Assembly (NCBI GenBank): GCA_965223265.1
Contig: OZ244999.1
Span: 96,001-160,000 of the forward strand
DNA length: 64,000 bases
Source: Planctomycetota bacterium
GTDB lineage: Bacteria > Planctomycetota > UBA8108 > SXIK01
Direction: 5' to 3'
Below are positions 61,693 to 64,000 of this stretch, piece after piece. The notes under the pieces were generated by a model, which made no database searches, had not been told where the DNA came from, and worked only from the letters and a program-made list of their open reading frames with translations. Made by a program: the position numbers and the translations under genes. Each line of letters begins with the position of its first letter. The stretch's first letter is position 1.

Positions 61693-62034
61693 CGACTTCT
61701 CCCACCACCTCCTCACTCCGAACGCCATATCGAAAGAGAAACCGCGGGTAATCGCCGGTTTCTGATCTGGAGCTCCAGCGTCCGTGAAAAACGCGTTTCA
61801 GATCGAAAGGTGCCAGGATGCTAGAGACGTTTTTACTAACGCGAGGCCGAGAGGACCGAGATCGAGATTCTGAATCTCACCCGTTGATCTGTCTGCCGAA
61901 TCTGAAGACAGTGCCTTTGTCAACTGCCGCGGCGGAAACGAAAAGGTATCGACTTCTCCCAGAAGGTGATCCCTCGATCCGTAACTCCGCGTATCCCGCG
62001 GAGAAAGGATCCGTCAGAAAGGTATCGACTTCTC
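61693..62034 (+). repeat. Direct repeats next to the second att-like site
   Basis: AAAGGTATCGACTTCTC at 61942-61958 and 62018-62034; CGACTTCTCCCA at 61693-61704 and 61950-61961. Confidence 0.8.
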
Positions 62035-62205
62035 GAAGAAGTCCACCTCGTTTTGTACGTGACGATCTTTCGGAGAGTTAGATAGATCGGAGAGAGGAGA
62101 AGTTGTCCCCTCGAGTACAGAAAACAGCGGACAAAGTTTCGCTTTGAGGACAACCAAAGCGGACAAACAGAGGAGAACCAAGAATGAAGAAGTCACCGAA
62201 GGCAT
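62014..62205 (-). other. Short signal-peptide-like ORF reading in frame into DFFEK (candidate replacement 5' gene end)
   Basis: MPSVTSSFLVLLCLSALVVLKAKLCPLFSVLEG...PKDRHVQNEVDFFEK-SIPF*; compare PRDRHLENPEDFFEK-KIRPVL at 44671-44713. Confidence 0.45.
62029..62068. other. Putative attachment site, copy 2
   Basis: CTTCTCGAAGAAGTCC-acctcgttttgtac-GTGACGATCT. The core overlaps the dyad GACTTCT-CGA-AGAAGTC (62027-62043). Confidence 0.7.
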
Positions 62206-63191
62206 TTCAGAAGAGCGATGGAAACTGGTATTGCCATTACAACGGCAAGCAGCACTACCTCGGCAAGAACCCCGACGAGAAGATTCGGAAGCTTGTCGCC
62301 GCGGACAACGTCAAGACCAGCAAGCTGACGATCAGCGACGTATCCACGCAGTACCTTGCCTGGATCGAGCCGACCCAATCGCCAGATTCGATCGACGGCA
62401 AACGACGAGCGTATCGACGGCTCGTCAACGACCTCGGCGACATTCCGATCCAGGATCTCACGCTCGAAAAACTCGAGGAATACCGAAACTCCCTGCTCAA
62501 GCAGGTGAAGAAGTCGACCGTACGGACGACGTTCATCAAGCTCAGCGCGCTCCTTCAGTTCTGTGCGGACCGCAAGATACTGCCTGACAACCCGTGCCGG
62601 AAGATGCGGAAACTGAAAGTGCCGGAGGACGCCCAGCCGGACGTGCTCACCGAGGAGGAGGTCTTGACGCTTCTCGACCTTTGCTCATCGAAACCGAAAT
62701 CGACGATAGTTCAGGAACGCGATCGCATGATCTTCCTGCTGATGCTCCACTGCGGACTCCGAAGGATCGAGGTGAGCAACCTCAGGTGGAGTGACGTCGA
62801 TCTCGAGCGGCGGCTCCTCGTCGTGCGCAATGGCAAAGGAGGGAAGGACCGTCTCGTGGCGTTGAACGACACGATGCACGATGCGCTGAGCAACCACGAA
62901 CGCCTCAACGACGAGTTCGTCTTGACCACGCGAGATGGCGATCAGCTCTCGCGCACGATGATGAACCGGATCACGGTGAAGTACCTCGACGATCTTGACC
63001 ATCACTACCGGGGCAAGAAACGGTTGTCGCTGCACGCACTTAGGGCGACCTTCGCTACGAGGCTCTGCGAGAAGGGCGTCTCGACGCGAGTCGTCCAAGG
63101 ACTTCTCGGCCACTCTGATCCGAGAGTGACGATGCGTTACGCCGCCGTCACCGAGGCCGCTTGTTTGGACGCGGTCAGGAAGATCGGGTAA
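62184..63191 (+). CDS. Tyrosine integrase, intact
   Basis: N-terminal WYCHYNGKQHYLG arm-type domain. CGLRRIE (R), GKGGKDR (K), HALR (HxxR), LLGH, TMRY (Y). GAGGAG RBS. Confidence 0.93.
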   Translation: MKKSPKAFQKSDGNWYCHYNGKQHYLGKNPDEKIRKLVAADNVKTSKLTISDVSTQYLAWIEPTQSPDSIDGKRRAYRRLVNDLGDIPIQDLTLEKLEEYRNSLLKQVKKSTVRTTFIKLSALLQFCADRKILPDNPCRKMRKLKVPEDAQPDVLTEEEVLTLLDLCSSKPKSTIVQERDRMIFLLMLHCGLRRIEVSNLRWSDVDLERRLLVVRNGKGGKDRLVALNDTMHDALSNHERLNDEFVLTTRDGDQLSRTMMNRITVKYLDDLDHHYRGKKRLSLHALRATFATRLCEKGVSTRVVQGLLGHSDPRVTMRYAAVTEAACLDAVRKIG

Positions 63192-63579
63192 CAGATCCGG
63201 CGATACGGCGGCAGGGGGAAGCGACTCTACGTGTGGTCACATCGCAGGTGCCGGCGTTCATCTACCGTGAAGCTTCCCGAAATGATAAGGACATTCCTGG
63301 TGTCAGCTGGCTCGTCCAGCCTCCCCACGTCGTTAACCCATCACCATCGTGCTGGACCCGCCAGTTAATAATCTCCCTCCAAATGTGAGTTTTCGTGACA
63401 GATTCTGGCGCTCCGCCACTCCACGCATGCATACGACAGTACGCAGCGCAGACGACTAAAGGCACGCAGCCGAAACCGCCGCCCAGCTTATCAGCCTGAG
63501 TGTCACTGAGTTCGCATGGGAGTAGCTGTCCCGATCGCGCACCGCCAACAGTGTAGGCGACTCGCTTCCCGGGCAGCTC

Positions 63580-64000
63580 ATGAATCGCGAGATGCAAGAT
63601 CACCTCGAGGATACAGTTGGGCGGGACCTTCCGAAGGATTCTCCCCGTGCCTTCGGAATCGAGTCGCTCTTGCGGAACGTCCTCTCGTACCTGACCGGAA
63701 CACCTCGGAAGTCAGTAGTGCTGCTCGGTCGTTCTGGAGTTGGCAAAACCGCCCTGGTACACGAACTGGCGACCGTGCCCAAGTTGCGAGTTCGCCGCGT
63801 CTCGGCGCAGGATATCATGGAAGGTACGTCGTACCTGGGGGAATGGGAGACGAAAGTTCGTAAGCTGGTAAACCAGGCTTCAGCGACAAAGGGAATCCTC
63901 GTCTATGTTCCCCGTCTTGATGAGCTGATGCACGCCGGCAAATGCAGCAAGTCGGACAGGAACGTCCTCGCAGCCCTTGCGCCCCACATCGAGGACGGTT
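63580..64000 (+). CDS. ClpA/ClpB-like AAA+ ATPase, 5' part (runs off window)
   Basis: Translated by hand: MNREMQDHLE...SVVLLGRSGVGKTALVHELA...IMEGTSYLGEWETKVRKL...LDELMHAG (Walker A and ClpA/B NBD1 pore-loop pattern). Confidence 0.75.
   Translation, partial: MNREMQDHLEDTVGRDLPKDSPRAFGIESLLRNVLSYLTGTPRKSVVLLGRSGVGKTALVHELATVPKLRVRRVSAQDIMEGTSYLGEWETKVRKLVNQASATKGILVYVPRLDELMHAGKCSKSDRNVLAALAPHIEDG

Overview
High-GC bacterial DNA, almost certainly Planctomycetota: it holds five DUF1501 genes and four DUF1549/DUF1553 (PSD1/planctomycete cytochrome c type) genes. No rRNA, tRNA or CRISPR array was recognised. Left part (0.7-3.6 kb): an IS91-family (Y2/HUH) transposase plus tyrosine recombinase element with inverted ends, followed by a tandem 49-bp hairpin array and a 245-bp segment bounded by 17-bp inverted repeats. 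Middle (3.6-44.7 kb): mostly metabolic genes, including sugar-acid catabolism, hflKC, an SH3b x4-MepA-like murein endopeptidase with a HEAT-repeat partner, a TctC-TctB fusion with TctA, methyltransferases and a Uma2 nuclease with a heptad repeat. Most striking is the right part. A 40-bp site (core CTTCTCGAAGAAGTCC, encoding DFFEK on the minus strand) occurs at 44671 inside the 5' end of a planctomycete cytochrome c/DUF1549/DUF1553 gene and again at 62029. Each copy is followed by a closely related tyrosine integrase: the first is truncated and fused to an HNH domain, the second is intact. On the element side of both sites an open, hydrophobic, signal-peptide-like frame runs in phase into DFFEK. 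This suggests tandem integrative elements that target a conserved coding motif of a large paralogous gene family and supply a replacement N-terminus. The ~17-kb interval carries an apparent sigma-54 regulon: three -24/-12 promoters, an atypical NtrC-type activator, GSIII, CBS, Hsp20, GroES/EL, a methyltransferase-ATP-grasp fusion, PtsP, an MFS transporter, and broken deacylase and GDH genes. All calls come from reading motifs by eye; no database searches were run.
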